A stretch of 64,000 nucleotides of DNA. Origin: an uncultured bacterium (GTDB lineage: Bacteria; Krumholzibacteriota; Krumholzibacteriia; Krumholzibacteriales; Krumholzibacteriaceae). The notes under the pieces are model-generated. The model made no database searches, was not told where the DNA came from, and was given only the letters and a program-made list of their open reading frames with translations. The position numbers and the translations under genes are program-made. Shown one piece after another: positions 9,052 through 17,588 of this stretch. The DNA lies in contig CAZPAH010000001.1 in assembly GCA_964584495.1 (NCBI GenBank), positions 7,393 through 71,392 of the forward strand, read 5' to 3'. The stretch's first letter is position 1. The number at the start of each line of letters is the position of its first letter.

Positions 9052-10515
9052 TCATGCAAGCGGGGGAAGACTGTCCATCCCCGCATCCTTAGCTTCCCTC
9101 CCGATGATCTCCGCAAGCCTCGATTCCACGGCCCGGTCTAGCCGCTCCGGCTCGTGCTTCTCGAGGATCCCTTCCACCACCACGGCGGCGCGGGCCGCGG
9201 CGTCCTTTTTGCCGCCCGCGTGCCATTCATCGAGCGATCCTCTCTCTATGACCTCGCCGGGGATGTAAACCTCCCGCCTGTACCATTTCCTTGTATGCGG
9301 CAGGGAGAGAAACTCCTTCTTCTCGAGCCCCTCGATAATATACGGCATCGCCAGCAGATCGTCCCTCAGCTCGACCCCATCGCACAGCCTGAGGGCCATT
9401 CCGCAGATCTCGTTATCGAGGACCAGCTTCTCCAGGGACTGGCACGACTCGAAATCGAGCATCCCCGGGCCCGAAATATTATTCACTCCGGAGACCGCGG
9501 CGACTATCGCCCCCATCGCCGTCTCCATCCCCGCCTGAAAATCGACGGTCTTCGAATCGCTGAGCGCCATGTAAGCGTGGGTCGGCAGGCCGAGGTACTT
9601 TCCGATCTCGGCATACGCCCCGTCTATCATCATCGTCTCTATCGCCCCCATCGGCGTCGTTCCCTTGCGCATGTCGAAACAGGCCGGCGAGCCTCCATAT
9701 ATTATCGGAGCTCCCGCCGATGCGAGCTGGTGGATCGCTATCCCGCTGAGATTCTCGGCGCAATGCTGCGTCACCGCCCCGGCGAGGGTCACGGGCGATG
9801 TCGCTCCTGTAAGGGGCATCGAGACCAATTCGGCCGGAAGCCCCGACTTCGCGCAATCGATCAGCGCCTGGCATGTCAGATCGCTCCACATCAGCGGGGG
9901 AGAGGGGCAGCAGTCGAATATCGCCATCGGTTTTTCCCGGAGCTTTGAGCCTCCTCCCGCGACGGTGGAAAGCATCTCGTGCATTACGCCGAACGCTTCC
10001 ACCTTGAACGTTCCCGTCACCACCGGCTTGATAGAATGGAGAAGCGCTATATAGAGCCTGTACCTGTCCGCTATATCCTCCGGAACGTCGCCCGGTATCA
10101 CCCCGGTAGACTGCGCAGCGTAGCCCGGGAGGGCGTCGGTCAGCGTGGCGAATTTCACAAGGTCCGCCGTAACGGGCATTCGCGCCTCCCCCTTTTCGTG
10201 GTCGAAAATCCTGAGGGCGGCCGATCCGGGATTGAAATGGATCCTGTCCCCTCCGAGATCCATCACCTTCTCGCCGCGCCTGTTATAGAGGGCGACCTCC
10301 GAGGGCGCAGTGCCCAGCCCCTTTTCCACAAGGTCCGCCGGTATCCGAACCCGCCCCTTTTTCCCCTCCACCTTTCCCCCCGCGCCATCCAGAAGCGCGA
10401 TCGCCTCTTCGTTCTCGACGAAGATCCCCACCTTCTCCAGGATCGTCACCGCCTCTTCTACTATTCTCCTCCTCTCCGCCTCTCCAAACCATCCGACACG
10501 CGGTCTAACGCTCAT
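9052..10515 (-). CDS. MttB-superfamily (trimethylamine methyltransferase-like, non-pyrrolysine) corrinoid-dependent methyltransferase, likely quaternary-amine:corrinoid methyltransferase
   Basis: Full-length ~487 aa TIM-barrel MttB family similarity; no in-frame amber codon. Confidence 0.8.
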   Translation of the reverse strand: MSVRPRVGWFGEAERRRIVEEAVTILEKVGIFVENEEAIALLDGAGGKVEGKKGRVRIPADLVEKGLGTAPSEVALYNRRGEKVMDLGGDRIHFNPGSAALRIFDHEKGEARMPVTADLVKFATLTDALPGYAAQSTGVIPGDVPEDIADRYRLYIALLHSIKPVVTGTFKVEAFGVMHEMLSTVAGGGSKLREKPMAIFDCCPSPPLMWSDLTCQALIDCAKSGLPAELVSMPLTGATSPVTLAGAVTQHCAENLSGIAIHQLASAGAPIIYGGSPACFDMRKGTTPMGAIETMMIDGAYAEIGKYLGLPTHAYMALSDSKTVDFQAGMETAMGAIVAAVSGVNNISGPGMLDFESCQSLEKLVLDNEICGMALRLCDGVELRDDLLAMPYIIEGLEKKEFLSLPHTRKWYRREVYIPGEVIERGSLDEWHAGGKKDAAARAAVVVEGILEKHEPERLDRAVESRLAEIIGREAKDAGMDSLPPLA

Positions 10516-10542
10516 CCGGCGCCTCTCTTTCCTTTCAACAAT

Positions 10543-11214
10543 TCAATCCGTCCTGTACCGGCACGATTCGATGTCGCAGTTTCTGCACGAGTTCTCGCTT
10601 CTCAACCTCGCCGGATTCTTCGATATGTCTATCGCGAAAGATACCGATTTGCGCGGTATCATCATCCCGCTTTCCGACAACGAAACGCCGATCCTTTCCG
10701 CCGGTAGAAGCTCGAAGATAGCCCTCTGCTCCCCGATGTCCCAGTTTCCATACCCCGGGCTGGCCCTGCACGATGTTTTCAACCCCTCCCCGGCCGCCTC
10801 CTCTTTTATCCTGTCGTCCATATACCCGGCCACCGCTTCGGCGGCCACCGATCCGGCCGAATCCAGCACTACCGCCTTTACGAGCTCGCCCGAATCGGCC
10901 AGCTGCGTGACCATCCTCTCCAGCTTTTCTCCTATCGTGCAGACGCAGAATGCGACCTTCTCCAGCCGTTCGAATATGGTGGATCCCGGCAGGTCCCTGC
11001 CCGCCGTCACCTTGTAAATCCCTTTCGGCTCGATCAGGTCGAGGGCCGCAAGGACCGCTTCATCCACCTCTCTTCTCACCCTGGCGCCGTGGCGCGCCAT
11101 CACACCCTTGCTGCTTCCGAGAAGCCGAGCCATCTCGATCCGGTCTATATCGATCTTGAACCTCTCCAGGATTACCGGCTCCATATCTTCATCTTCCCGC
11201 CCCGGACAGGGCAT
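10543..11214 (-). CDS. methionine-synthase (MetH) reactivation/AdoMet-binding domain protein, stand-alone
   Basis: RASPGYGNWDIGEQRAIFELLPAERIGVSLSESGMMIPRKSVSFAI aligns with MetH activation-domain core ([22 protein letters not shown]...LTESFAMWPGASVSGWYF). Confidence 0.7.
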   Translation of the reverse strand: MPCPGREDEDMEPVILERFKIDIDRIEMARLLGSSKGVMARHGARVRREVDEAVLAALDLIEPKGIYKVTAGRDLPGSTIFERLEKVAFCVCTIGEKLERMVTQLADSGELVKAVVLDSAGSVAAEAVAGYMDDRIKEEAAGEGLKTSCRASPGYGNWDIGEQRAIFELLPAERIGVSLSESGMMIPRKSVSFAIDISKNPARLRSENSCRNCDIESCRYRTD

Positions 11215-12094
11215 CCCGCACCGCCGCGATGAAACGGGGATCGGTGCCGCAGCATCCTCCCACCGCGTTCGCCCCGGCTTCGACGATCTTCATCATGTCC
11301 GAGGCGAAATCCCTCGGCTCCTGCCTGTAGAATGTCTTTCCATCATCGATCTCCGGCAACCCGGCGTTAGGCTGGAAGAGGAGCGGCGTCTCCGTCAGCG
11401 ATCTGAACCTTCCGGCTAGGGGCACCATGTCCCCGCTCGAGATGGTGCAGTTGGCCCCTATCATCTCGGCTCCTTCCGGCGGCAGGGCTTCCGCCGCCCT
11501 CTCGGGCGTATCCCCCACGAGGGTGAAATACCCCCGCGGCTTGAGGGCGAAGGTCAGCTCTACAATAACCGGCTTGTCCGACACCTCCTTCACCCCTCTC
11601 AGCGCCTCGATCGCCTCCCTCATGTCGTACATCGTCTCCACGAGGAAAAGATCCACACCCCCCCGATCGAGGGCCTCCGCCTGCTCCCTGAAAGCCTCCC
11701 TTGCCTCGGCTGCGGCCAGCTTCCCCATCGGCGCGAAGAATTCCCCGGTGGGTCCTATATCGCCGGCCACGAAACGGCCGGCCGCGCCGTAATCGTCGAC
11801 CGCCTTTCTCGCCAGAATCGCCGCCTTCTCGTTGACGGCGGCCGCATCCATTTCTCTTCCCGCGGCGGAGGCGGACATCTTGATCCTGTTGCCCCCGAAG
11901 CTGTTCGTCTGTATCACTTCGGCCCCCGCCTCGAGGTAAGCCCCGTGTATAGCGGAGATATCGCCCGGCCGATCGATATTCCACCTCTCCGGGATATCCC
12001 CCTCGCCCAGGCCGGCCGCTATAAGCATGGTTCCCATACCGCCGTCGAACAGGATCACCTTCCTCTTCGAAATTTCCCTGTATCCGTTCTCCAT
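11189..12094 (-). CDS. homocysteine S-methyltransferase domain protein (MetH N-terminal Hcy-binding module, Zn site GGCCGT)
   Basis: KVILFDGGMGTML...IQTNSF...NAVGGCCGTDPRFI are MetH Hcy-domain landmarks; ATG at 12094 preceded by GGAAGG RBS is preferred over the GTG at 12133. Confidence 0.75.
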   Translation of the reverse strand: MENGYREISKRKVILFDGGMGTMLIAAGLGEGDIPERWNIDRPGDISAIHGAYLEAGAEVIQTNSFGGNRIKMSASAAGREMDAAAVNEKAAILARKAVDDYGAAGRFVAGDIGPTGEFFAPMGKLAAAEAREAFREQAEALDRGGVDLFLVETMYDMREAIEALRGVKEVSDKPVIVELTFALKPRGYFTLVGDTPERAAEALPPEGAEMIGANCTISSGDMVPLAGRFRSLTETPLLFQPNAGLPEIDDGKTFYRQEPRDFASDMMKIVEAGANAVGGCCGTDPRFIAAVRDALSGAGR

Positions 12095-12138
12095 GACCTT
12101 CCCGCTCCCCCCGCGACTCGTTCGCGGCCGCACGCCCT

Positions 12139-12801
12139 TTACCCGTTACCCATCAATTCCCTTAAAAGCGAGACCGCCGATACCGCGTCTCCCGCGTACC
12201 CGTCCGCTCCGATCTCTTCGGCCCACTTCACGCTGCACGGCGCCCCCCCTACCAGCACCTTGACCCCTTTCCTCATCGACCGTTTGGAGAGCTCTTCAAT
12301 AACCCTCTTCTGCCCCGGCATCGTCGTCGTGAGCAGGGCTGAAACCGCTATGCAATCGGCCCCGATCTCTCCGGCCTCATCAACGAATCTGGCGACCGGG
12401 ACATCGGCGCCCAGGTCCTTGACCTCGAAGCCGTTCGCCGAGAGCATCGTCGAGACCAGCGTCTTGCCGATATCGTGGATATCGCCCTCTATCGTGCCTA
12501 TGACCACCTTTCCCGCACCCACGCGCCCGGTAGAGCCTTTTTCGAGCTCCGGCTGCAGGACAGCCATCGCCTTCTTCATCGCCTCCGCCCCCATCACAAG
12601 CTCGGGAAGGAAGAGCTCTCCTTCCTCCCAGAGCCTCCCGACCTCCCTTATTCCGGAGGCGAACCCGTTCTCGATAACCTCCAAAACGGGCATACCTCTC
12701 TCTATCGCGGCCCCGGCGAGCTCAACGGCTTTCTCCGCGTCTCCCTCGATAACCGCCCGCGAACATTTCTCCAGGTGTTCCTTCATCAGATCTTCCTCCA
12801 T
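12139..12801 (-). CDS. cobalamin-binding corrinoid protein (MtaC/MtgC-like; B12-binding cap plus Rossmann domain)
   Basis: DxHxxG motif EGDIHDIGK, GxxG and SAL motifs of B12-binding domain. Confidence 0.8.
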   Translation of the reverse strand: MEEDLMKEHLEKCSRAVIEGDAEKAVELAGAAIERGMPVLEVIENGFASGIREVGRLWEEGELFLPELVMGAEAMKKAMAVLQPELEKGSTGRVGAGKVVIGTIEGDIHDIGKTLVSTMLSANGFEVKDLGADVPVARFVDEAGEIGADCIAVSALLTTTMPGQKRVIEELSKRSMRKGVKVLVGGAPCSVKWAEEIGADGYAGDAVSAVSLLRELMGNG

Positions 12802-12953
12802 GCTTGGTTATAGTAGCTTTCTATCAGCTTGACGCCCCAATGTCAATCGCTCACGAGGTCCGGCTGCATTAGTCCTGTAACCGGAGACGGTTCGGTGGTA
12901 TTCTGAGCCCGTCCGGGTGGTTGAAAAACCCGGGATATGCCTGGAGGATAGAG

Positions 12954-13964
12954 ATGAAAGCGATGATACTGAAAAAGATTTCTCCTATCGAGGAGCGGCC
13001 GCTGGAAGCCGTGGACCTCCCCGTGCCCGCTCCGGGGGCGGGGGAGATACTCCTGCGCGTTTCGATGTGCGGCCTCTGCCACACCGACATCCACACGATA
13101 GAGGGAGATCTCGATCTTCCGACCCTTCCAATAATACCGGGCCACCAGATCGTGGGCACCGTCGTCCGGAGAGGCGAGGGGGTCGACTCGCCCGTGGAGG
13201 GGACCAGGGTGGGCTCGGCATGGCTCAACAGGACGTGCGGCGTCTGCCGGTGGTGCGCCGCCGGGAAGGAGAACCTCTGCGCCGACGCCAGGTTCACCGG
13301 TTTCCACGTGCACGGCGGCTACGCGCAGTATACCGTTCTTCCGGCCGATTTCGTATATCCCATCCCGGACGGTTTCTCAGACAGGGATGCGGCGCCGCTG
13401 CTCTGCGCCGGGATAATCGGGTACAGGGCGTTTCGTCTAAGCGGGATAGAGCCAGGGGGGACCCTCGCGCTCTACGGCTTCGGCGCGAGCGCCCACGTAA
13501 CGATCCAGATCGCCGTTCACCGGGGCTGCCGGGTACTGGTTTTTTCCAGGGCCGAAAACCACAGGAGGCACGCCGTCGAGCTGGGGGCTTTCTGGGTGGG
13601 GGTCTCGGGCGATATGCCCCCGGTCAAGCCTGACGCCTCCATCATATTCGCTCCGGCCGGCGGTCTCGTGCCCGAAGCGCTCGAAGTTCTCGAAGACGGG
13701 GGAACGGTGGCCCTCGCCGGCATAACGATGACTCGAATCCCCTCCCTCGACTACGAGAAGCATCTCTACCACGAGAAGGTCCTGAGGAGCGTGGCCAACT
13801 CTACCCGGGATGACGGATTCGAGCTTGTGAGGCTGGCCGCCGAGATCCCGATAAAGACAGAAACGACCCTGTTCCCCCTGGAGGAGGCTAACGAAGCGCT
13901 TTTACTGATAAAGGAGAGCCGAATATCGGGGGCTGCCGTGCTGGAGCTACCCCGGGAGGATTGA
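12954..13964 (+). CDS. zinc-dependent alcohol dehydrogenase (MDR family)
   Basis: MKAMILKK..., catalytic zinc GLCHTD, structural zinc Cys cluster CGVCRWC, GxGxxG-like YGFGASAH. Confidence 0.85.
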   Translation: MKAMILKKISPIEERPLEAVDLPVPAPGAGEILLRVSMCGLCHTDIHTIEGDLDLPTLPIIPGHQIVGTVVRRGEGVDSPVEGTRVGSAWLNRTCGVCRWCAAGKENLCADARFTGFHVHGGYAQYTVLPADFVYPIPDGFSDRDAAPLLCAGIIGYRAFRLSGIEPGGTLALYGFGASAHVTIQIAVHRGCRVLVFSRAENHRRHAVELGAFWVGVSGDMPPVKPDASIIFAPAGGLVPEALEVLEDGGTVALAGITMTRIPSLDYEKHLYHEKVLRSVANSTRDDGFELVRLAAEIPIKTETTLFPLEEANEALLLIKESRISGAAVLELPRED

Positions 13965-14025
13965 ACGGCCGGACCTCGAGCTCCTGCCCGCCGCCCGCCG
14001 AACCGCCGACGGCCCGAGAACCTTT

Positions 14026-14051
14026 AAGCCCCCGGGTTACCCCGGGGGCTT
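14026..14051 (+). terminator. stem-loop terminator downstream of adh
   Basis: AAGCCCCCGGG ttac CCCGGGGGCTT followed by CTTATT. Confidence 0.6.
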
Positions 14052-14163
14052 CTTATTGCGGAACGAACAGGGGGTTAAGGCCGGACGCCCCGGTATCCCA
14101 ACATTAGATCACCTTACCCCCTTGAAGGCCGACCAACTAATAGGAGGTGGCGTCCGGCCAAAA

Positions 14164-15843
14164 TCAATTCGCCGTAAATCTCCTTTCAAGCTTGAACCTG
14201 GGCTCGATGTCGACGGGCACTCCGCCGAGCTTTTTCAGCGATGCCGCGACATCATCCCCCATCAGTCCGTATTTCTCTATATACTCTGTCGCCCCCTCGT
14301 AATCTCCGAGGGCCTCCAGCATGAGAATTTCCGCCGCCAGCCCGGTAACGGCCTCCCTGACCCTGCCGAAATCGACCGACCATCTTCCGGTCTTTTCGTC
14401 CTGAAGGTAGGCGCCCTTATCTTTCATATAATTGAATATTATCATGTTGGCCTGCCCGTGGGCTTCTTCGGCCCCGAACCTAACCGATCGAAAGAAGCCG
14501 GCCAGGAAGGTGACGGCTGCTTCCTTCTCGAAGCGGGGACCGTAAAACCCCTCATCTACAAGATAATAAAAATTGTACTCTCCCACAATATCTGCTTTCG
14601 CTTCCTCTATTGTTGAGTAAGTATTGCTGAGTTCCTTGTTCACGGTCGATTCCGTTCCGTCGGCGAGGGTTATCCTCCCCGGTCCGAGGCCGTGCGAGAA
14701 TTCGTGAAGCAGTATATGGTTGAAGTACGCTTCGAACGTCACCATCGGCAGCTGCTTCGGATCGATCAGCTTCTCGGCGATAGGCATCAATATCTTGTCG
14801 AACTTGGCGTGGCATATGTTTCTCAACATCACCTTCTTGCACCCCTTTGCCTCGCGCACCCTCTCGTCGTTCGGAAGGTTGAAGGCTAGCGTCTGAACCC
14901 CCGCCTTCGTGTCTCCCGCCGAGAAGAGCTCGTCGACAACCGAGATCGGCGAATCGGGCCCCCTGTTCAGGTTCTTGTGAATGTCCTCGATCGGTAGATT
15001 CTTCTCCATCTTTATAAGGTACCCCTTCAGGCCGTCGAGCCTGCGGCTCTCCTCGGGGTCGCGTACGCAGATGAAAGCCTCGAAGGCCGCCTTGTAGTTG
15101 AAAATATTATCCTCGTAGACCTCGTACGGCCCGATCGTGACGTCGAGAACGTTGTCCTTTACGTCCATCCAGGCCATGTCGCTGTCGAAATAATCGTCGT
15201 TCAGGAACGATTCCGCCCTGAGCCGCAGGAAGTTCGCCAGCGATTCGCTGGTCGTGAGGTCGGCCGCTTCCCTCAGGTATCCGGCCGCCTTCTCGAGGAG
15301 CTTTCCGTATTCCTTAGAATAGGGCACGGCGATCAGCGAATCACCCGACCGCCTTATCACGGTGAAATTGCTCTCGAAGCTCGCCGCATCTCCGGGATGC
15401 TCCTCGATCCATTTTTCGAATTCGCCCCTCGTCATGTCGGGAGGATAGAAGTTGGCTCCATCGGGCTTTTTGCCGGTTCCATAGAAGGGCCTGTTATCCT
15501 CGAGCCTGTCCCACGGGCCGAAGTTTATCTTGAATAGCCTGCATAGGTCCTTGTCGCCCTTCTTTTTCAGCTCCGCCCTGACCTTCAGGTTATCGGGAGA
15601 TACCTGTATAAGGAACAATTCGTCCATGACCGATGCGGCCATGTACAGCTTCTCCAGTGCCGCCGTTTCCCTATCGTCCAGCAGCTGCCAGGGAACCTCG
15701 ATGTCCACCGGAGCATAGGCCGAGAGCTCTTTTTCCACCTTTTTATCGGACATGCCCTCGATCTTCCCCCCCTTCGGGCGGCATCCCGCCGCAAGAAGCA
15801 TCACGATGCATATGACGGGTAGAACTGTTCTGGCTCTCCTCAT
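14164..15843 (-). CDS. M49-like (dipeptidyl-peptidase III family) zinc metallopeptidase lipoprotein
   Basis: Lipoprotein signal MRRARTVLPVICIVMLLAAGC; HEFSHGLG (HExxH) and downstream EEAKAD resemble M49 HExxGH / EExRAE pair; start trimmed to the signal-peptide Met. Confidence 0.65.
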   Translation of the reverse strand: MRRARTVLPVICIVMLLAAGCRPKGGKIEGMSDKKVEKELSAYAPVDIEVPWQLLDDRETAALEKLYMAASVMDELFLIQVSPDNLKVRAELKKKGDKDLCRLFKINFGPWDRLEDNRPFYGTGKKPDGANFYPPDMTRGEFEKWIEEHPGDAASFESNFTVIRRSGDSLIAVPYSKEYGKLLEKAAGYLREAADLTTSESLANFLRLRAESFLNDDYFDSDMAWMDVKDNVLDVTIGPYEVYEDNIFNYKAAFEAFICVRDPEESRRLDGLKGYLIKMEKNLPIEDIHKNLNRGPDSPISVVDELFSAGDTKAGVQTLAFNLPNDERVREAKGCKKVMLRNICHAKFDKILMPIAEKLIDPKQLPMVTFEAYFNHILLHEFSHGLGPGRITLADGTESTVNKELSNTYSTIEEAKADIVGEYNFYYLVDEGFYGPRFEKEAAVTFLAGFFRSVRFGAEEAHGQANMIIFNYMKDKGAYLQDEKTGRWSVDFGRVREAVTGLAAEILMLEALGDYEGATEYIEKYGLMGDDVAASLKKLGGVPVDIEPRFKLERRFTAN

Positions 15844-15971
15844 TTCCGATCCTTCTCCTCTCCCGTCCCTCCGCGCCGTATTCATTAATTCTAAAATGCG
15901 CATCGAGGACCGTGTCCGGATGATAAATTATCTCTCTCGGCTTGGAATTATCGCAGAGGCCGGTCGAAAGA

Positions 15972-17582
15972 TCAAGGGTCACCGCCCTCTCCCTCATCTC
16001 CAGCTCCAGAAAGGAGCTTGTGGATCTCCCATGCGAGATCTTCCATCGAATAGGGTTTCTGGATAAAGTCCACCCTTCCGCCCTTGATCAGGTCCTCGCC
16101 GAGCGAAATCCTGTTGTACCCGCTCGAAAGCAGCACGAAGACATCGCTGCTCTGCTCCCTGATCTTTCCCAGGACATCCTTGCCGCTTCCGCCCGGCATC
16201 ACCATGTCCAGGATGACCATGCTCAACTCGTCCTTGAGCTCGTAGTAGCGCTTCAGCCCCTCGTCGGCGTCCCCGGCGGTCACGGGCCTGTAACCGAGCT
16301 TTGTCAGGATTTCGACGCCCAATTCCCGTATCAGCTCCTCGTCGTCTATGAGAAGTATCAGTTCCCCGTTTCCCGGGGGCACCTCGCGTCTCTCTTCTCT
16401 CGCCTCCACGTCCGGAAGGCTCTCCGCGCCGGCCGGCAGATAGATATTGAAAACCGTTCCGCTTCCGACCTCGCTGTAGACATTTATCAGCCCCCCATGG
16501 CTGTCCATGATCCCGTAAACCATGTTCAGCCCCAGCCCCGTACCGTCGCCACGCTTCTTTGTGGTGAAGAACGGCTCGAAGATCCTCGCCCTCGTCTCCT
16601 GATCCATTCCAGTTCCCGTATCCGAGATCGATATCTTGACGTAGTTGCCCGTTCTCATGTTCCAGCTGAGCTTCGGGAAGGTCTCGTCCAGAAAAACGTT
16701 CTCGCTCGAGATCGTCAGCTTACCCCCTTCGGGCATCGCATCCCTCGCGTTGAGGCAGACGTTGAGAAATCCCTGCTCGAGCTGCCCGGCCGCCCCCATG
16801 ATCGCCTTGAGCTTCTTCTCGAGGTTCATCTCTATGATGATCCTCTTGTCGATCGTTCTCTCCAGCAGCTTGACGACCTCCCTGAGAAGCACGTTGCAGT
16901 TGACCGGCTTCTGCTCCGGGGAGCTGTCCCTTGAAAGCGTCAAAAGACGGTCGGTGAGGGCCGAAGCTTTTCTGGCCGCTCTTTCGATTATCTCCAGATA
17001 TACCCTGAACTCATGATCCTGGGCGACGAGATCCATCATGAAGGTCGTATACCCGAGGATACCCTCGAGCAGGTTATTGAAATCGTGCGCTATCCCCCCG
17101 GCCATCTCCCCGACGGTCTCCATCTTCTGGGAATGTTGCAGGAGCTCCTGGAGATGTTTCTTCTCCGTGTTGTCGAGCAGAAATTGGAGATACCCGGTCA
17201 CCACTCCCTTTCCGTCGACACGGGGGGTCATGCTGAATGTGATCTCCTTCTCCGTTCCATCCTTCCGCCTTATCCTCATCTCGAGATTCTTGATGACCGC
17301 CGATCGGGATAGAGCCCCGTCTATTTCTTCCCTCTCGTCGTTAGGATAGAGCCCCTGGGGGGCCGTTTTCCCGAGCAAGTCCTCGAGGGTATACCCGGTG
17401 ATCTTCTCCGCTCCGGCGTTGAACACCCTGTACCTTCCGCCGGGGTCGAGAACGGCTATTCCGATAGCGTCGTTTTCCAGGACGGACAGCGCCAGGCCTT
17501 TCATTCCGTCATACGTCTCCGTGACGGTATCCGGCGCCTCGGGCACAGGTCCTGGCTTCTCGCGCGCTTCCCTCGTTCCCAT
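15972..17582 (-). CDS. hybrid sensor histidine kinase (PAS - HisKA - HATPase - receiver)
   Basis: H-box AHDFNNLL, ATP-binding G boxes, C-terminal REC domain with LLIDDEE and conserved Asp. Confidence 0.8.
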   Translation of the reverse strand: MGTREAREKPGPVPEAPDTVTETYDGMKGLALSVLENDAIGIAVLDPGGRYRVFNAGAEKITGYTLEDLLGKTAPQGLYPNDEREEIDGALSRSAVIKNLEMRIRRKDGTEKEITFSMTPRVDGKGVVTGYLQFLLDNTEKKHLQELLQHSQKMETVGEMAGGIAHDFNNLLEGILGYTTFMMDLVAQDHEFRVYLEIIERAARKASALTDRLLTLSRDSSPEQKPVNCNVLLREVVKLLERTIDKRIIIEMNLEKKLKAIMGAAGQLEQGFLNVCLNARDAMPEGGKLTISSENVFLDETFPKLSWNMRTGNYVKISISDTGTGMDQETRARIFEPFFTTKKRGDGTGLGLNMVYGIMDSHGGLINVYSEVGSGTVFNIYLPAGAESLPDVEAREERREVPPGNGELILLIDDEELIRELGVEILTKLGYRPVTAGDADEGLKRYYELKDELSMVILDMVMPGGSGKDVLGKIREQSSDVFVLLSSGYNRISLGEDLIKGGRVDFIQKPYSMEDLAWEIHKLLSGAGDEGEGGDP

Positions 17583-17588
17583 TTCCGG

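Noticed and set aside
12802-12953. Looked for a cobalamin riboswitch in the leader of the corrinoid-protein operon
   Set aside because: The divergent intergenic region is only about 150 nt and lacks a B12-box (GCCACTG-like) or the conserved stems. No riboswitch is supported.
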